Source of the DNA: a virus
Direction: 5' to 3' (one strand)
Virus record (IMG/VR): IMGVR_UViG_3300007609_000010
Coordinates: 1-64,000 of that record
DNA length: 64,000 bases
Below the pieces are notes generated by a model, which was not told the origin of the DNA, did no database searches, and worked only from the letters and a program-made list of their open reading frames with translations. Below are positions 60,836-64,000 of this stretch, piece by piece (within the stretch, counting starts at the first letter, position 1; each line of letters opens with the position of its first letter). Both the position numbers and the translations under genes were made by a program.

Positions 60836-61854
60836 CAGATAAAATTAAAATTATTGAAAATCAACCTATTAGAATTGTTAATTTGCAACCAAAGGAAGTC
60901 TTAGATGTAAGATTTTGGCCAACAGACATATGTAATTTTGAGTGTACATATTGTTTTCCCAATAGTAAAGATGCTGTCTACCGTTATCCTAAAAACATAG
61001 ATACGGTTATCAAAAATTTTAGATTATTGTTTGATCTCTATAAAGAAAAGTATAATAAAACCAAATTTGATATTAATCTTGTTGGGGGCGGCGAGCCTAC
61101 ACTTTGGCCGCACTTTAACGAATTTTGCAAAGGTATTAAAGCAACACACAATGTTGAACTCACTGTAACAACTAACGGCAGTCGTACATTGAGATGGTGG
61201 GCAGACAACTCTCAATATCTAGATAAGGTAACTCTTAGCGTTCATCATGAATTTGCAAACATTGCTCATTCAATCGAAGTTTTAGATTATTTGTATTCGC
61301 AAGACATATCCTGCACTGCACTGATTTTAATGGATGCAGAAGAATTCAATAAATGTAAACAGATAGAACAGGAAATGCAAAAAAGTAAATATCCTTGGTT
61401 CATAGAAGTAAAACCTATTGTAGATTTTGCAGGAAAAGATAGTAAAAGTTACACCGATGAACAAAAATCTTATATGACTCCAGATTTAAAAAGATTGCCG
61501 GATAGTAAATTTTTGTTAAGCCATATGCAAAATTTTAGAGTGCATGACAGTGTAGCAATTTATGATGAGTTTTCTGTAGAGCCAAAAAGAACAAGCGATT
61601 ATATTAATGAAGGAACTAATTATTATACAGGATGGAATTGTAATGTAGGATTAGAAAATTTAGTTATTGAATATGACGGACAAGTAAAGGGGTCTTGTCA
61701 GGCGCAATTGTTTAAAGATACCAATTTAAATGTATTTAGCGAAGATTTTGAAACCCAATTTAATAAAGTTGCTTTTAATCTGGATACAATTACCTGTCCG
61801 TTTAACAGTTGCGGTTGTCAACCAGACACACACATAACTAAGTGGCGCTCTTAG
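60832..61854 (+). CDS. Radical SAM protein
   Basis: CNFECTYC and GGGEP; C-terminal GWNCNVG...SC...CPFNSCGC. Confidence 0.88.
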   Translation: MTDKIKIIENQPIRIVNLQPKEVLDVRFWPTDICNFECTYCFPNSKDAVYRYPKNIDTVIKNFRLLFDLYKEKYNKTKFDINLVGGGEPTLWPHFNEFCKGIKATHNVELTVTTNGSRTLRWWADNSQYLDKVTLSVHHEFANIAHSIEVLDYLYSQDISCTALILMDAEEFNKCKQIEQEMQKSKYPWFIEVKPIVDFAGKDSKSYTDEQKSYMTPDLKRLPDSKFLLSHMQNFRVHDSVAIYDEFSVEPKRTSDYINEGTNYYTGWNCNVGLENLVIEYDGQVKGSCQAQLFKDTNLNVFSEDFETQFNKVAFNLDTITCPFNSCGCQPDTHITKWRS

Positions 61855-62731
61855 ATATAGGAATGTCTGCGGCACAGGTACACCAATTACGAGTACAAAT
61901 TACCGCATCCTCTGGCACTTCAAAACTGCCATCATAAATATTTCCCAAACTGCCGCCGACTCGGCAAGTTGCACGATGAACATCACCGTCCCAATTTATC
62001 ATTAAACTTTCTAAGCCAATATTACAAGTCCATCCTTTAAATTGGTTTTGATGAGTTTTGATTATATCGTTAGCCACATATAGATTGCCGTCCTCGTCAA
62101 CTACGTTTTCTTTCACAGTGCCTTCAGTGCTTAAAATCCAGTCTAAGTCCTCAGGCTTATATCGTAAATCATCAAACCAGTCATGATCGCCTTCTGTCCA
62201 TCTTATTCTTCTTACTACAGCGGGAATATTCATAGTGCGCAACATGTCCCATGCCTGTCTAACTTTATCCATGTGTTCGTGATGTGCCATTACATGAGCT
62301 ACAATTTGTCTATCGTATTCTTTACCGACGTTAATTGCATTGTTTAAACTTTTAGACCATTGTGCGTTATCAAAGTGCAAGCTGAACACATATTGATTTA
62401 CAGGCTGTTCAATATACCAGCGAACAGGCCGCAGAGCATTTGTGGTCATGCTTAGCCAGTCTATGTGTTCAGACTGTTTTATGTGTAAGATTAATTCTTC
62501 TATTTGTGGGTGTACGCTAGGCTCACCACCTGTTAAACTAAGTCTCACTGGATTTGCTAAGTCGTCTAGTTTATCTACAGCATCTAGCATGTGTTTAATT
62601 TCTCTGTGTGGACTGAAGTTGTCATGTATGCTAGGAGGACAATAGGCGCAGTCTAAGTTACATCTTTTACCTATGTTCCATTCAATCTTGACAAATTTTT
62701 CATGACCCCATCTACTGACTAAATTACGCAT
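61838..62731 (-). CDS. Radical SAM protein
   Basis: CNLDCAYC and TGGEP; C-terminal GWTCNIG...TC...CTRNWCTC. Confidence 0.88.
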   Translation of the reverse strand: MRNLVSRWGHEKFVKIEWNIGKRCNLDCAYCPPSIHDNFSPHREIKHMLDAVDKLDDLANPVRLSLTGGEPSVHPQIEELILHIKQSEHIDWLSMTTNALRPVRWYIEQPVNQYVFSLHFDNAQWSKSLNNAINVGKEYDRQIVAHVMAHHEHMDKVRQAWDMLRTMNIPAVVRRIRWTEGDHDWFDDLRYKPEDLDWILSTEGTVKENVVDEDGNLYVANDIIKTHQNQFKGWTCNIGLESLMINWDGDVHRATCRVGGSLGNIYDGSFEVPEDAVICTRNWCTCAADIPISKSAT

Positions 62732-63516
62732 ACATCCTTTATCCTATCAAACTTATAAAGATATTCTAACTCTACATTGTGGTTAATATCTGCAACAGGA
62801 ATCATTCCTAAATTCAAATTTTCAAAATTAAACTTTTGAAAACATAACCAAAACTTTATAAGAATTTTTCTAGCAAAAAAGTGTAGTGTACTTACAGAAG
62901 GACCAAACTTTATCATAAAATCTGCACTGTAATGGCTTTGAGGAAGAATAACTTCTGCAATAGAGTCTCTATCTTTAAACACATCTAATATTGGTTTCCC
63001 TACATGAGGGTAATTTATGTAGATTGTTCCATGAGACCATTTAAAGGTAAAATGTTTTACATCTTTATCTGTCAATTTCAGCAGTGGAGGATTTTTGTAG
63101 GTTACAACAATAGTAGGATGATCGCTTTTTCGAATCTGAGATTCTAATTCGTGAATTAAAATATTCAATTTACTTATTGAATGCTGAATATCATCGGGCG
63201 CATTGTTATACCATTCTGAATTGCCTTCTCCCCCTTTTAAATCTTCAAAAAATTTATGTAGATAATTCAAATCCTTCTGTTTGGTATTTTTGTCAACTTT
63301 GTAGTTAATAAGTTTTTCATAGGAGTTAATATGATCTATTTTTTCATTCAACTCATTTATAATATTCTTATATCCCCAATTAGTGAATCTATCGATAGCG
63401 TCTAAACAGTAGTTCTTTTGTACTTCATTTAGCCATTTTTTTGCAATATCCGTATCACGAACATTAAAGTATAAATTATAGTCTTCCTTACCATTAGTGA
63501 TTGTTATTTTAAGCAT
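62719..63516 (-). CDS. Hypothetical protein
   Basis: Long ORF. The ATG at 63516 (MLKITIT) overlaps the upstream stop and is the likely start. Confidence 0.6.
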   Translation of the reverse strand: MLKITITNGKEDYNLYFNVRDTDIAKKWLNEVQKNYCLDAIDRFTNWGYKNIINELNEKIDHINSYEKLINYKVDKNTKQKDLNYLHKFFEDLKGGEGNSEWYNNAPDDIQHSISKLNILIHELESQIRKSDHPTIVVTYKNPPLLKLTDKDVKHFTFKWSHGTIYINYPHVGKPILDVFKDRDSIAEVILPQSHYSADFMIKFGPSVSTLHFFARKILIKFWLCFQKFNFENLNLGMIPVADINHNVELEYLYKFDRIKDVCVI

Positions 63517-64000
63517 AACGTTTAAACTCGGGATTAACTGAAAAGAACTCTTGATTCCTAGTGGCATCTAAGCTTAAATTGAAGTCTATGCAATCTTGCC
63601 AAAACTCGCTAAGATCGTTTGCTTGTAAAAAATTTATGTTATCTTGTATTTGTTGCAGGGTCACTTGTTCTAGAAGTTTATGTTCTTTTACCATTGGATA
63701 TTCTAAAACTGTTGTTTTCATATCTTCTAGTTCTGCGATAACTCTTTTCTTTAACGGCAGAGGTAAAGTTTGCGCACTCAATGCTCTTGGATAATTAACG
63801 CGATGAGAATAGAACACTATGCCCATTTTGTTTATGAAGTAATCTATTACTTCTGCAATCTGTAAGATATTATTTGCTTGTACTGTAAATGCACCTACCA
63901 CTCTACTAACATTAGGAAACGATTTAAATACCTTTATATTTTCTTCTATTTCCGAAAACTTGCCATTGCCTCTAATATATTCATAAACATTGTGTATGCC
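63509..64000 (-). CDS. Probable radical SAM protein, C-terminal part (5' truncated by window)
   Basis: YEYIRG...AFTVQANNILQ...LDATRNQ..F...PE resembles the C-termini of the twitch radical SAM paralogues (DEYIR..., LDDIRG...FPEL). The CxxxCxxC motif would lie outside the window. Confidence 0.6.
   Translation of the reverse strand, partial: GIHNVYEYIRGNGKFSEIEENIKVFKSFPNVSRVVGAFTVQANNILQIAEVIDYFINKMGIVFYSHRVNYPRALSAQTLPLPLKKRVIAELEDMKTTVLEYPMVKEHKLLEQVTLQQIQDNINFLQANDLSEFWQDCIDFNLSLDATRNQEFFSVNPEFKRYA

Noticed and set aside
1-64000. CRISPR array, tRNAs, diversity-generating retroelement, integrase/IS, stop-codon reassignment
   Set aside because: No regular repeat-spacer array, cloverleaf, reverse transcriptase, TR/VR pair or transposase was noticed. 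Genes are full-length in code 11, with TAA, TAG and TGA all used as stops.
46324-64000. RiPP interpretation of the radical SAM/SPASM cluster
   Set aside because: No short precursor ORF, RRE domain, peptidase or exporter is visible, and the accompanying enzymes are sugar-related. A precursor outside the window cannot be excluded.

Overview
This is a 64-kb segment of a large T4-related (jumbo-type) myophage genome, read in the standard genetic code. From left to right it contains: (1) the end of a gp26-like hub/assembly gene with a probable -1 frameshift into a gp51-like ORF; (2) a minus-strand block of gp55 late sigma factor, gp47/gp46 recombination nuclease, a small ORF, hemC and a minimal GIY-YIG nuclease, followed directly by a ~340-nt non-coding region that looks like a structured, pseudoknotted RNA and by three GAGC-GNNA-GC hairpins; (3) a ~39-kb plus-strand late module for tail and baseplate proteins with TAAATA promoters (gp48/54-, gp53-, hub-, gp5-, gp25- and gp6-like genes, a 4769-aa protein, and fibres); (4) from a perfect sigma70 promoter at 46.27 kb, a >17-kb modification cluster with four GT-A-like glycosyltransferases, eight complete radical SAM enzymes plus a probable ninth partial one, a methyltransferase and an SGNH protein. 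The best candidates for undescribed biology are the GIY-YIG plus structured ncRNA/hairpin locus and the radical-SAM/glycosyltransferase cluster. All calls come from motif recognition by eye; no database searches or folding programs were run.
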